Origin: Candidatus Latescibacterota bacterium
GTDB lineage: Bacteria > Latescibacterota > UBA2968 > UBA8231
Direction of reading: 5' to 3'
Assembly (NCBI GenBank): GCA_963422735.1
Contig: OY730476.1
Span: 2,048,001 to 2,112,000, forward strand
Length of the DNA stretch: 64,000 nt
Below are positions 9,333-18,936 of the stretch, piece by piece. Within the stretch, counting starts at the first letter, position 1. The number at the start of each line of letters is the position of its first letter. The position numbers were made by a program, and so were the translations under genes. The notes below the pieces were generated by a model. The model saw nothing but the letters and a program-made list of their open reading frames with translations, was not told the DNA's origin and did not search any database.

Positions 9333-9358
9333 TTAGAGTTTCTTACAGGGAGGCACTC

Positions 9359-9586
9359 ATGGCCAGACAATGCAGCCTGACCAACGTCAAGGGCCTAGTT
9401 GGCAACAACGTCAGCCACTCGCAGCGCAAGACCAAGCGCGTCCAACAGCCCAACCTCATCAAAAAGCGCATCTTCATTCCCGAGGAAAACCGCACCGTTA
9501 CCTTACGCCTGACCGCCCGTGCCCTACGCACCTTAAACAAAAAAGGCATCCATCGGTTCCTCAAAGAAAATGGGATCAAGATCTGA
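9359..9586 (+). CDS. rpmB: 50S ribosomal protein L28
   Basis: MARQC.LT.....GNNVSHS.RKTKR...PNL; strong RBS GGGAGG. Confidence 0.97.
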   Translation: MARQCSLTNVKGLVGNNVSHSQRKTKRVQQPNLIKKRIFIPEENRTVTLRLTARALRTLNKKGIHRFLKENGIKI

Positions 9587-9615
9587 GCGGGCAAAGGCCC
9601 TTGCCCTCCGCGCAC

Positions 9616-10731
9616 ATGAACCAAAGCGACGACGTAACCGATGCCATCCAAGAGCGAGTTCGCCAAGCCTTAGCTGAAGACGCGGCCTTAAAAATTTTTG
9701 CTGGCCGAACTAAGTCCTTTCTCGGACGCCGACGCGAAGGAACCCCGCTCAACCTCTCCACTCTGACTGGCGTCATCAGCTACGAGCCAAACGAGTTGGT
9801 CCTAGTCGCTCGCCCGGGTACCAAGCTGAGCGAAATAGAAGCCCTGTGCCGTAGCGAAAACCAGTACTTTGCCTTCGAACCGCCCGCTTGGGGTGCGGCC
9901 GCGACCATCGGCGGCACCGTGGCCTGCAATCTTTCAGGGCCGCGCCGCTTCAAGATGGGCGCACTGCGCGATCACTTGCTCGGCGCCGAGCTGATCGACG
10001 GCCGTGGCGAGCGAATTCGCACCGGCGGCAAAGTCGTCAAGAACGTCACGGGTTACGATATGTCTAAGGTGCTGGCCGGCTCCTTCGGAACGCTGGGGAT
10101 ACTTACTGAGGTCTGCCTAAAGGTCTGGCCGCGCCCCGAAACCCAAGCAACTCTATTCATTCACGGGCTGACGCCCGCAGCGGCGTTGGAGCAGATGCTC
10201 GACTGGGCGGCGCGGCCCCTCCAGATCACGGGCCTAGTCTGCAACGCCGACCAGTTAGCCGCCCGCGTCGAAGGCCCAGCACCAGCGGTGCGGGCGCAGC
10301 TAGCAACGCTGCGCGAAGGAGAAACAGCAGAATCGGAGATAATAGAAGAAGCCGAGTCGCACGCCTTCTGGCGGCACTGGCGCGAGCTCGAATGGCTGAC
10401 CCCAGACGCGGGCCAACAGCGCTGGCGCTTTTCTGGACTGCCGACTAAGATGGTGCAGCTAATGAAAGCACTAGAGGCCGAGGGGCTGAGTCGTTGGGGG
10501 CTGGACTGGGCCGGCGGCTTGCTATGGGCACTGTTGCCGGTCGCTACCCAAGCCTCGCGCTTGTACCGCACCGCTGCGCGTCACCAAGCCCTCGGTTGGC
10601 GCTTCGCAGCCGACGAGCACAACGAAGACGCCTTTACCCCGCTCAGTGCTGGCACGGCGCGCATGAACCAGATGCTCAAGCGCGCTCTCGACCCACAAGG
10701 CATTTTCAACCCAAGCAAAATGTACGCCTAA
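9616..10731 (+). CDS. glcE: Glycolate oxidase FAD-binding subunit GlcE-like
   Basis: YEPNELV....GT, FEPP, ATIGGTVACNLSGPRR, GGKVVKNVTGYD..K...GSFGTLG and LKRALDP.GIFNP. Confidence 0.85.
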   Translation: MNQSDDVTDAIQERVRQALAEDAALKIFAGRTKSFLGRRREGTPLNLSTLTGVISYEPNELVLVARPGTKLSEIEALCRSENQYFAFEPPAWGAAATIGGTVACNLSGPRRFKMGALRDHLLGAELIDGRGERIRTGGKVVKNVTGYDMSKVLAGSFGTLGILTEVCLKVWPRPETQATLFIHGLTPAAALEQMLDWAARPLQITGLVCNADQLAARVEGPAPAVRAQLATLREGETAESEIIEEAESHAFWRHWRELEWLTPDAGQQRWRFSGLPTKMVQLMKALEAEGLSRWGLDWAGGLLWALLPVATQASRLYRTAARHQALGWRFAADEHNEDAFTPLSAGTARMNQMLKRALDPQGIFNPSKMYA

Positions 10732-11912
10732 TATATCTCGCCTGGACGATAGTCCGGCGGCGGCATTTCCCGTTCGCTGAGCCACTGTGCCCGCCCAACC
10801 CGCGCTTGGATATATTGATAGTCATAGCTCGTGTCCGGAGCGGAGATGTTGCCCTGGGACGGGTATTGGGCAATCGCCTCCTCGACAAGGTCCACGCCCA
10901 GCCCAGGCGCATCCGGCACCGCGATATGGCTATCGACGATCTCGGGCTGGCCGGTCATCACCTCGTAGCGCTGCGGCACATCGTCGACTAGGTGCTCCAA
11001 GATCAGGAAGTTGGGCAGCGTGGCCATTAGATGCACGGCCGCCATTTCGGCCACCGGTCCCAACGAACCGTCGTGCGGGGCCACTGTGCAGTAGTGGGCC
11101 TCGGCCATAGCGGCGATCTTCTTCATCTGCCACAGGCCCCCAGCGCGGCCCGTATCGGGCTGTACCACATCGATGATTTCGCGCTCAATCAGCTCCTTTA
11201 CTCCCCAAATGGTGGCATGGCGTTCGCCCGCGGCAATGGGAATGTCCACTGCGTCGGCAACCCGAGCGAGGGCGTTGATGTTTTCAGGGGCTACAGGATC
11301 TTCGTAAAACAGCAGGTCGTAGTCTTCAAGCGCGTGGCCCAAGGCAATGGCGTCGCGCGTCGTCAGCCAAGGCGGTCCGTGGACATCAACCATGATATCC
11401 ACCTCGTCGCCGACCTCTTTGCGGATGGCGGCAACCGTCTCGACGCAGTTTTTGATTCCCCCGGTCTTTATCGCCGTATAGCCTTGATCGACCAAGGCTC
11501 GTGCCCGCTCTTTCTCGTGCGCGTGAGCATAGACCCGCACCTGGTCACGCATCTTGCCGCCGAGGAGGTTCCACACCGGCTGCCCGAGGGCCTTGCCCTT
11601 GATGTCCCAGAGGGCCATCTCAATGCCGGTCATGGCACCAGAGCCGACGATGCCGGTCATGCCGTGGCCCATCATCGCCACCTGCATCTTGCCCCACAGC
11701 CGCTCAATGTGGAAGGGGTCCTCACCGATCATCAAAGGCGTCAGGTCGTGGATGGCCGTCTCGACCACGCGCGGCCACCCCGAGGCCTCGCCCACGCCGT
11801 AGATGCCTGCGTCAGTCTCGATCTTGACAAAGAGCCAGTTGCGTGCTGACCAACCGCTCGCCTCCGGGGGTGCGCACTGCATCAAATAGGTCTTGATCTG
11901 GGTAATTTTCAT
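10728..11912 (-). CDS. Mandelate racemase/muconate lactonizing enzyme family protein (galactonate dehydratase-like)
   Basis: NWLFVKIETDAGIYGVGE, ALWDIKGKALG.PVW.LLGG, DVHG, EDP, AAGER, QPD, APH and PGLGVD. Confidence 0.9.
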   Translation of the reverse strand: MKITQIKTYLMQCAPPEASGWSARNWLFVKIETDAGIYGVGEASGWPRVVETAIHDLTPLMIGEDPFHIERLWGKMQVAMMGHGMTGIVGSGAMTGIEMALWDIKGKALGQPVWNLLGGKMRDQVRVYAHAHEKERARALVDQGYTAIKTGGIKNCVETVAAIRKEVGDEVDIMVDVHGPPWLTTRDAIALGHALEDYDLLFYEDPVAPENINALARVADAVDIPIAAGERHATIWGVKELIEREIIDVVQPDTGRAGGLWQMKKIAAMAEAHYCTVAPHDGSLGPVAEMAAVHLMATLPNFLILEHLVDDVPQRYEVMTGQPEIVDSHIAVPDAPGLGVDLVEEAIAQYPSQGNISAPDTSYDYQYIQARVGRAQWLSEREMPPPDYRPGEIY

Positions 11913-11994
11913 AGCGATCTCCCCGCGTTGCGATGGAGCGACAAGTATAAGCCATAGAGCGAAATCAATCCATTGCCAGCACCCCGTGCGCAGA

Positions 11995-12023
11995 TTGACA
12001 GGCATATTTTCAATACTTAGCTT
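11995..12023 (+). promoter_or_regulatory. Putative sigma70 promoter for the ispB-apbE-secDF operon
   Basis: TTGACA-17nt-TAGCTT. Confidence 0.6.
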
Positions 12024-12072
12024 CTAAATTTTCTATTTGTTTAGCGATTTAATTCTGACAGATGTATTTCTC

Positions 12073-13041
12073 ATGGATCCCTGCATAGGTTTGATCGATC
12101 AAGAACTGGCCCGGTTTGAAAAGCGGCTCAACGCCGAACTCAACGCCGATGTCGAGTTGGTCCACGTCATTGCCCGCTACATGGCCACGCTCAAGGGCAA
12201 GCGCCTCCGGCCGGCCCTCATCTTGCTCGTGGCTAAAGCGTCTGGCGACTGGAACGAACAGCTAATCGACACGGCCGTGGCCGTCGAAATGATTCACGCC
12301 GCCACCATGGCCCACGATGACGTAGTGGACTCAGCGACCGTGCGCCGGGGCCGAGAGACGGTAAACGAGCGCTGGACCGGGCAGATAGCAGTACTTATGG
12401 GCGACTTTCTCCTTGCGCGTGCGTTGCGCCTACTGATCGGGGTTGGCAATCTGCAGGTCCTGAGCGTAGTCGCGCACGCTACTGAGCGGCTGAGCATGGG
12501 CGAAATATTTGAAATCCAGATCGGCACTCAATGCGATACGAGCGAAGAATCGTACTTTGCCATGGTCAGCGACAAGACGGCTTCCCTGATGTCGGCCGCA
12601 GCGCGGATTGGCGCGATCCTCTCTGGCGCATCGGACGAGGTAGTGCAATCCATGGGGCGCTATGGAGAGTCGCTCGGCCGCGCTTTCCAAGTCGCCGATG
12701 ACATACTCGACCTCACTAGCGATCAGGCGACCATGGGTAAGCCCGTCGGACACGACCTGCGCGAAGGCAAGATCACCTTGCCGTTGATACGCGCCTTACA
12801 GCAAGCCCCCTCAGGAGCGCGGGCCGAGATGGAGGCTCTTTTGGCTCAGCCGAACAAGGACGAGGCCGACTGGAAGCAGATCGTGGCCTTTGTCGACGAG
12901 CACCAAGGGGTCGCCGCCGCCACCGAGACCGCGCACGAATACGCTGCCCACGCTCAGGAATGCTTAGAGGTACTAGCCCCTTCCCCGGCCCGCGCAGTGC
13001 TAGAACGAGCCGTACAACTCGTCGTCGAACGCAACAATTGA
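12073..13041 (+). CDS. ispB: Polyprenyl (octaprenyl-type) diphosphate synthase
   Basis: GKRLRP, HDDVVD...RRG (first aspartate-rich motif), AVLMGD, KTA, FQ..DDILD (second motif) and DLREGK.TLP. Confidence 0.93.
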   Translation: MDPCIGLIDQELARFEKRLNAELNADVELVHVIARYMATLKGKRLRPALILLVAKASGDWNEQLIDTAVAVEMIHAATMAHDDVVDSATVRRGRETVNERWTGQIAVLMGDFLLARALRLLIGVGNLQVLSVVAHATERLSMGEIFEIQIGTQCDTSEESYFAMVSDKTASLMSAAARIGAILSGASDEVVQSMGRYGESLGRAFQVADDILDLTSDQATMGKPVGHDLREGKITLPLIRALQQAPSGARAEMEALLAQPNKDEADWKQIVAFVDEHQGVAAATETAHEYAAHAQECLEVLAPSPARAVLERAVQLVVERNN

Positions 13042-13053
13042 CGCGACCAGCCC

Positions 13054-14091
13054 ATGCTCAAGCGCAGTCTGCTGGCCGTAGGCGGTTTGGCCGTGGTCCT
13101 GTACTTTCTGCCATCGCCCCGGCCCGCCGCGCCGGTGCGCGCAGACCGCCTCTTGTTGGGAACCCTCGTCACGGTCAAGCTCTACGGAGACGAAGCAGTG
13201 GTTCGACCGCACCTAGAGGCGGCGTACGCGGAGATCGTTCGCGTCGATTCGTTGATGAGCCACTACCGCAAGGACGGAGCATTGCGGCGGCTGGAACAGC
13301 AGGCGCGGCTCGCTCCAACGCGCGGCTCGGCCGGGCTGATTGCGGTCTTGACGCGCAGCCAGTATTTCGCCGCGTTGACAGATGGAGCTTTTGACTGCAC
13401 GGTGGGGGCGTTGACGAGTCTGTGGGACTTCCCTGACGCGGTAGTGCCGCCTGCCCCGGCGCAGATTGATTCGGCACTGGCACTAGTGGGCTACGAAGGG
13501 TTGGACGTTGCGGTCCAGTCTTTTCGGATCAACAGGCCGGAGTTGCAGTTGGATCTGGGGGCGGCAGCCAAGGGCTACGCAGTTGATCAAGCCGTGGCGG
13601 CGATGCAGGAGCTAGGGGTGGAGGCCGGGGTGATCGAGGCCGGGGGCGATATTCGCTATTGGGGCGAAAAGCCAGACGGTCGGCCTTGGCTCTTTGGGGT
13701 CCAGCACCCGCGCACCTCAGAGCAATACATAACAGTAGAGGACCTCGGGCTCGCGGCGATCGCGACCTCCGGTGACTACGAGCAATACTTTGATTGGGAA
13801 GGCGAGCGCTATCACCACTTGCTTGACCCCAAGACCGGCTATCCAGCGCGGGCGTGCATAAGCGCCACCGTGTGGTCTGCGAATGCTCTGGACGCCGACA
13901 TCCTCTCGACTGCGGTCTTCGTCTTGGGGCCCGACCAAGGGCTCGCGCTCGTCGAGGGCCTAACGAATGTCGAAGGCTTCATTTTCTTTGAGCGAGACGG
14001 GCAGCTCATGCACCGGGCTTCAACCGGGATGCGCGGCCGCTTTCGCTTTTGCAATAGCAGCAAACTTTCGCCGGGCTGCGCCCGGCAATAG
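13054..14091 (+). CDS. apbE: FAD:protein FMN transferase ApbE
   Basis: GAFD.TVG, DLGAAAKGYAVD, AGGD, ATSGDYE, HHLLDPKTGYP and DADILSTA. Confidence 0.92.
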   Translation: MLKRSLLAVGGLAVVLYFLPSPRPAAPVRADRLLLGTLVTVKLYGDEAVVRPHLEAAYAEIVRVDSLMSHYRKDGALRRLEQQARLAPTRGSAGLIAVLTRSQYFAALTDGAFDCTVGALTSLWDFPDAVVPPAPAQIDSALALVGYEGLDVAVQSFRINRPELQLDLGAAAKGYAVDQAVAAMQELGVEAGVIEAGGDIRYWGEKPDGRPWLFGVQHPRTSEQYITVEDLGLAAIATSGDYEQYFDWEGERYHHLLDPKTGYPARACISATVWSANALDADILSTAVFVLGPDQGLALVEGLTNVEGFIFFERDGQLMHRASTGMRGRFRFCNSSKLSPGCARQ

Positions 14092-14109
14092 TGGAGTAAA
14101 GACAAATTT

Positions 14110-16629
14110 ATGAAACGCAACCGGAAACTCGTGCTGATCGTGGCACTAATCGCCGCCGCAGTGTACTACTTGCTGCCGAGCGCGGAATTCTATCGCATGA
14201 CGGACGACCAGAGAGAGGCCATGGATATGAAGGCCCCCGAGCAGCTCGCCGATCTGAAAAAGCGCTCGCTCAACTTGGGGCTGGATTTGCAAGGCGGCAT
14301 CCACCTCGTCCTAGAGGTCAAGACCGGAGGGATGGAGCAGCAGGAGGCCCAAGATGCGGTCGCCCAAGCACAGGAAGTCATCCGCAACCGCGTCGATCAG
14401 TTCGGGGTGGCTGAGCCGACCATCCAGCGCCAAGGGGACAACCGCATCATCATCGAGTTGCCCGGCGTACAGGATGTGCAGCGCGCCAAGGATCTAGTGG
14501 GCCAGACCGCGCTCCTCGAATTCCAGCTTCTCGAACCCTCTGAAGACCGCACCCGCCTGATCCAGCGCATCGACCAAGTGCTAGCTCCTCAAAAAGAAGA
14601 GGAAGAGGAAGAAGACCTCCTCCTTTCCTCTACACAAGAAAGTGCCCCCCTTTCCTCCATGCTCAGCCTCGCCGGCGAGGACCTCACGGTCTCGGGCCGC
14701 GACTTGCAGCGCGTCAAGAACTTGCTCCACACCCCAGAGGCTCAAGAGCTCATCCCCACAGACATGGAATTTCTCTTTTCGAGTAAGCCCGCCGGGGCCG
14801 AGGGCAATGAGTTCTACTTTCTCTACTTGGTGCGCAAGAAGCCGGAGATGACCGGGCACATGATCCAGGATGCCTTTGTCTCTATCGGCCAAGTAGTAGA
14901 GTACATGGGCCAGCCTATCGTCAATTTCTCGACCACCGACGAAGGGGTGCGGCTCTTCAGCCGCATTACGGGCGTGCACGTCGGCGAGCGCATGGCCATC
15001 GTCCTCGACGAATCGGTGTACTCGGCCCCGGTCATCCAGAACAAAATCAGCGAAGGTCGAGGCATCATCACCGGCAGCGGCACCCAAGAAGAGGCCAAAG
15101 ACCTCGCCATCGTGCTGCGGGCTGGCGCACTACCGGCCGAGGTCGAGATCATCGAAGACCGCACGGTCGGCCCCTCGCTTGGGCGCGACTCGATCGAGCA
15201 AGGCAAAACCGCAGCGATCTACAGCATGGTTTTGATAGTGATCTTCATGGTCCTCTACTACCGAGCGGCCGGGCTAATCGCCGACTTCGCCCTCCTGCTC
15301 AACATGCTCTTCATCATGGCGGTATTAGCCGGTTTTCACGCCACCCTGACCCTGCCCGGCATTGCCGGCATCATCCTGACCATCGGCATGGCCGTCGATG
15401 CCAATGTGCTGATCTTCGAACGCATCCGCGAAGAACTGCGTTCGGGCAAGACCGGCCGTGCGGCCATAGATTCCGGCTACGGCCGCGCACTCTCGGCCAT
15501 CATCGACGCCAATGTGACCACGTTTCTAGTCGGCATTGTGCTCTATCAGTTCGGCACCGGGCCAATTCGCGGTTTTGCCTTGACCCTGTGCATCGGCATC
15601 ATCTCCAGCCTCTTTACGGCCTTCTTCGTGACCCGCACAATTTTCGATCTGATCACCCGGAAGTCGCAGCAATCGACCTTGAGCATCGGACCAGTTGGGC
15701 TTTTCTCCAACCTGAACATCCGCTTCCTCTCGTTGCGCAACATTGGCTTTGGTGCCTCGGCGGCCGTGCTGCTTCTCGGCGGCGTCTCCATTTTGGGCAT
15801 CAATGGCATCCGGCCGGGCATCGACTTTGCTGGCGGCACCTTGCTGGAGTTGCACTTCGATCCAGCCGTACAAGTCGAGGATATCCGCGGCCAGCTAGGT
15901 CGCGTTCCCGTGGGCGATGCCGAGCTCGACCTGAGCAAGAGCGAGATCAAGCAGTTCGGATCGGAAAACGACATCCTCATCCGCGTCAGCGAGAGCGGGG
16001 CAGGTACCGAAGTGGCCGACGGCATTATGGGGGTTCTCAAGTCCGGATTTGCCGCCAATATCGCGGAGATGGAGTGGATTCGGCGCCAAGAAAAGGTAGG
16101 CCCCAAAATCGGCAGCGAACTGAGCAGCGCGGCCGTGCGCGCGGTGCTGGTGGCACTGGGGCTGATTCTGATCTACATGGCTTTGCGCTTCCACCGCTTC
16201 CTCTACGGGATCGCCGCAGTCGTCGCGCTCTTCCACGACGTGCTCATCACCCTCGGGTTGCTCTCGCTCTTCAACATTGAGATTACCCTCGCGGTGGTCG
16301 CCGCCCTGCTGGCTATTGTCGGCTACTCGCTCAACGACACGATTGTGGTCTTCGACCGCATCCGCGAAAACCTGCATACAGCCCGCCGACAGGGCTTTGA
16401 CGGCACGGTCAACCAGAGCATCAACGAGTGCCTGAGCCGCACACTGATCACCTCGGTGACGACCCTCTTGGCGGTGCTGGTGCTGATGAGCTTTGGCGGC
16501 GAGGTCAACCGCGACTTCACCATCACCTTGATGATCGGCGTCGTTATCGGCACCTATTCGTCTATATTCGTCGCTAGCCCAGTGCTCTACTTAGGCCAAC
16601 AGCGGACCGCTGCCAAAGGGGGCGACTAA
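14110..16629 (+). CDS. secDF: Fused protein translocase subunit SecDF
   Basis: LGLDLQGG, RVDQFGVAEP, VGPSLG, GMAVDANVLIFERIREE, GIDFAGG and GYSLNDTIVVFDRIREN. Confidence 0.96.
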   Translation: MKRNRKLVLIVALIAAAVYYLLPSAEFYRMTDDQREAMDMKAPEQLADLKKRSLNLGLDLQGGIHLVLEVKTGGMEQQEAQDAVAQAQEVIRNRVDQFGVAEPTIQRQGDNRIIIELPGVQDVQRAKDLVGQTALLEFQLLEPSEDRTRLIQRIDQVLAPQKEEEEEEDLLLSSTQESAPLSSMLSLAGEDLTVSGRDLQRVKNLLHTPEAQELIPTDMEFLFSSKPAGAEGNEFYFLYLVRKKPEMTGHMIQDAFVSIGQVVEYMGQPIVNFSTTDEGVRLFSRITGVHVGERMAIVLDESVYSAPVIQNKISEGRGIITGSGTQEEAKDLAIVLRAGALPAEVEIIEDRTVGPSLGRDSIEQGKTAAIYSMVLIVIFMVLYYRAAGLIADFALLLNMLFIMAVLAGFHATLTLPGIAGIILTIGMAVDANVLIFERIREELRSGKTGRAAIDSGYGRALSAIIDANVTTFLVGIVLYQFGTGPIRGFALTLCIGIISSLFTAFFVTRTIFDLITRKSQQSTLSIGPVGLFSNLNIRFLSLRNIGFGASAAVLLLGGVSILGINGIRPGIDFAGGTLLELHFDPAVQVEDIRGQLGRVPVGDAELDLSKSEIKQFGSENDILIRVSESGAGTEVADGIMGVLKSGFAANIAEMEWIRRQEKVGPKIGSELSSAAVRAVLVALGLILIYMALRFHRFLYGIAAVVALFHDVLITLGLLSLFNIEITLAVVAALLAIVGYSLNDTIVVFDRIRENLHTARRQGFDGTVNQSINECLSRTLITSVTTLLAVLVLMSFGGEVNRDFTITLMIGVVIGTYSSIFVASPVLYLGQQRTAAKGGD

Positions 16630-16657
16630 AGCCAGCCAGGCGGGACCGCCTCTCGCC

Positions 16658-17869
16658 ATGAAAACGATAGTAGTAGCTATCTTTGTCCTGCTCTTGATCT
16701 ACTACGGGCCGCCACAGGATCGCTCCAGCCCCTTTGACGCCGCGTGGATGCTAGGTGCACTGGCCCTCTTGACCGCGGCTGGAGGCCAACTGGCGCAGGC
16801 GATTCGCCTGCCGGCGCTGGTGGGGTGGATCGGGGCCGGGATGTTGCTGGGCACCGGCGGCTTACAGCTCGTCGATCTAGACGCGTTCTCCCTGCACCAA
16901 ATGCTCTTCCTCACGGCGGGCCTCGGGGTCGGATTCCAAGTGGGGCTGCACGTGGTATGGCCAACGCACACTTGGCGCACGCTGGGGTTGGTAGCGGCGA
17001 TGACCGCGCTGGTTTTTGCCGCCGTGACGACGACCACCGCACTGCTCGGGCTGCCTTGGGAGCAGGCCGTACTCCTCGGCGCATTGGCCAGCTTGTGGGG
17101 GCCTTTCACCGGTGTGCCGGAATTTGGACGGCGCGGTGCGCTGGTGCTAGCCGTGTTGGGAGCGGGCTGCGCCCTCGTGGCGTTAGGGGGCGCACTGGTC
17201 TTCCTCGAAACCGGGGCTGCGGGATGGGTCGGGAGCGTCGGCCTGTCGCTTGTGGCCGGCGGCGGGCTGGGGCTGGGGCTGCGCCTTTTAGGGCGGTTCG
17301 CCACCCCAAGCGCGACCCTAGTCTCCGGCCTAGTGGGGGCTTTTTTCTTAGCAGCTCTCGCGCTGGAAGCCCTCGGGCTTATGGCGCTGCCCTGCGGGCT
17401 TATCGCCGGACTCGTGCAGGACAAACAACAAAGCCGCCGCGTGCGGTTGCTGCTGCATCGGGGGGCGCCGGTGGCTTTCATGCTCTTTTTCGCACTCGTG
17501 GGAACCGCGCTCGACCTCGGCGCACTGTGGCCTCCCGCGGCCGGGCTGTACGAGACCGCGCTCGTGCTGGTGGCCGTGCCGCTGCTTTTGCGAGGGTTGG
17601 CTCCCATGGCGTACTACCCGCTGCCCGGCCCCCATCCAGGGCGGCGCATTGGCTGGCGGCTCCTGCCGCGCGGCGCGTTGCTGTTCGAGTTGTTCTGCGG
17701 CTCGCACGGGCTGGCTTCCTACATAGAGGCCGAGGGTCTGTTGGCGCAGGCCGTGCTCTTGGACATTCTCTTTTCGACCCTGCTCTTCTCCTCCTTGGCG
17801 TCGCTCGTAGATGCGAGCCTTTTCGCGCTGGAAAAGGCCCAATCCTCAGAAGACAGCGCGGCGGCGTGA
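16658..17869 (+). CDS. Multi-pass membrane protein, divergent cation:proton antiporter-like
   Basis: Highly hydrophobic; RLPALVGWIGAGMLLG, F.LFFALVG..LDL and G..LLPRG resemble Na+/H+ exchanger family segments. Confidence 0.55.
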   Translation: MKTIVVAIFVLLLIYYGPPQDRSSPFDAAWMLGALALLTAAGGQLAQAIRLPALVGWIGAGMLLGTGGLQLVDLDAFSLHQMLFLTAGLGVGFQVGLHVVWPTHTWRTLGLVAAMTALVFAAVTTTTALLGLPWEQAVLLGALASLWGPFTGVPEFGRRGALVLAVLGAGCALVALGGALVFLETGAAGWVGSVGLSLVAGGGLGLGLRLLGRFATPSATLVSGLVGAFFLAALALEALGLMALPCGLIAGLVQDKQQSRRVRLLLHRGAPVAFMLFFALVGTALDLGALWPPAAGLYETALVLVAVPLLLRGLAPMAYYPLPGPHPGRRIGWRLLPRGALLFELFCGSHGLASYIEAEGLLAQAVLLDILFSTLLFSSLASLVDASLFALEKAQSSEDSAAA

Positions 17870-17933
17870 GCACGCCGCTGCTCGTTTGTGTCCAACTAGG
17901 CTGACTTGTATCTTTAATGGTCTAACATTTTGC

Positions 17934-18626
17934 ATGGACCACATCCGCGACAACTGGGAATTGCTGTGCGCTCGCATCGAGCGGGCGGCCGAGCGCAGCG
18001 GGCGCACGGCAAGCGCGATTGAGGTCGTCGCCGTTAGTAAAACGCGCAGCGCACGCGAAATCGAAGCGGCTTACGCCTGCGGCTTGCGCTTCGTGGGCGA
18101 AAACCGCATCCAAGAAGCAGCGGCCAAGCGCACGCAAGTCGCCGCACCCCTAGCTTGGCACTTCGTCGGTCACTTGCAGACGAATAAAGCTGGGCGGGCC
18201 GTTGAGCTTTTCGACCTCGTGCACTCGGTTGATTCTGCGCGGCTAGCGAGGGCACTCAGCCGCCGAGCTGGGCAGACCGGCCGCACCATTGAGGTGCTCT
18301 TGCAGGTAAACACGTCCGGCAGCCTGAGCCAAGCCGGAGTGGCACCCGACCAGCTCGTCGATCTAGTCGCAGCCCTCGCGCCGCTGTCGCACTTGCGGAT
18401 TCGCGGCCTGATGACCATTGCCGCCCACAGCGAGGACGAGGGCACAGTCCGGGGCTGCTTTCGGACCTTGCGCGAGCTCGGCGAAAAAGTTGCCGAGTGC
18501 GAATTTGCGGATGTGTCCATGGACTATCTGTCCATGGGCATGAGCGGCGATTTTGAACTCGCCATAGCCGAAGGGGCCAATCTGTTGCGCATCGGCACGG
18601 CGATATTCGGCCCGCGGCCGACCTGA
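17934..18626 (+). CDS. yggS: PLP homeostasis protein YggS
   Basis: VAVSKT, GENRIQE, WHFVGHLQTNK, GLMT, LSMGMSGDF..AI.EG and RIGTAIFG. Confidence 0.95.
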   Translation: MDHIRDNWELLCARIERAAERSGRTASAIEVVAVSKTRSAREIEAAYACGLRFVGENRIQEAAAKRTQVAAPLAWHFVGHLQTNKAGRAVELFDLVHSVDSARLARALSRRAGQTGRTIEVLLQVNTSGSLSQAGVAPDQLVDLVAALAPLSHLRIRGLMTIAAHSEDEGTVRGCFRTLRELGEKVAECEFADVSMDYLSMGMSGDFELAIAEGANLLRIGTAIFGPRPT

Positions 18627-18642
18627 TACACAGGAGATAATC

Positions 18643-18936
18643 GTGTTCGATTACGGCGGTTTCTTTACAGACATCAAGAGCCTCCTCATCGCCCTCATCG
18701 AGATCTACAGCTATGTAGTCCTCATCCGGGTGCTGATCTCGTGGTTCAACCCCAACCCCCACAACCCGCTCGTCCAATTCCTGCGCGGCATCACTGATCC
18801 GGCCCTCGATACAGTGCGCTCCTTCTTGCCGAGGTTTTTTTGGTCAACCGGAATAGACTTTACGCCGATAGTCTTGTTTTTCTTGCTCAAGCTCGTCGTC
18901 GTCTTCCTCCACAATATCTTTCCTGTAGCCGAATGA
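18643..18936 (+). CDS. yggT: YggT family membrane protein
   Basis: RVLISWFNPNPHNPLVQFL..ITDP.L and IDFTPIV; RBS AGGAG with GTG start. Confidence 0.9.
   Translation: MFDYGGFFTDIKSLLIALIEIYSYVVLIRVLISWFNPNPHNPLVQFLRGITDPALDTVRSFLPRFFWSTGIDFTPIVLFFLLKLVVVFLHNIFPVAE

Noticed and set aside
9370-9615. N-terminal extension of glcE overlapping rpmB (and similar extensions for ileS, the sulfatase, the amidase, lspA and rluD)
   Set aside because: These come from longest-ORF calling; homology and RBS positions support the downstream starts.
14596-14613. Poly-Glu run in SecDF
   Set aside because: A low-complexity linker encoded by mixed GAA/GAG codons; not a phase-variable tract.
16702-17904. Long alternative-frame ORFs (16744-17904 +, 16702-17607 -) and the many other overlapping ORFs in the track
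   Set aside because: They are Arg/Ala/Gly/Pro-rich shadow frames expected in GC-rich DNA, overlap well-supported genes and carry no motifs.
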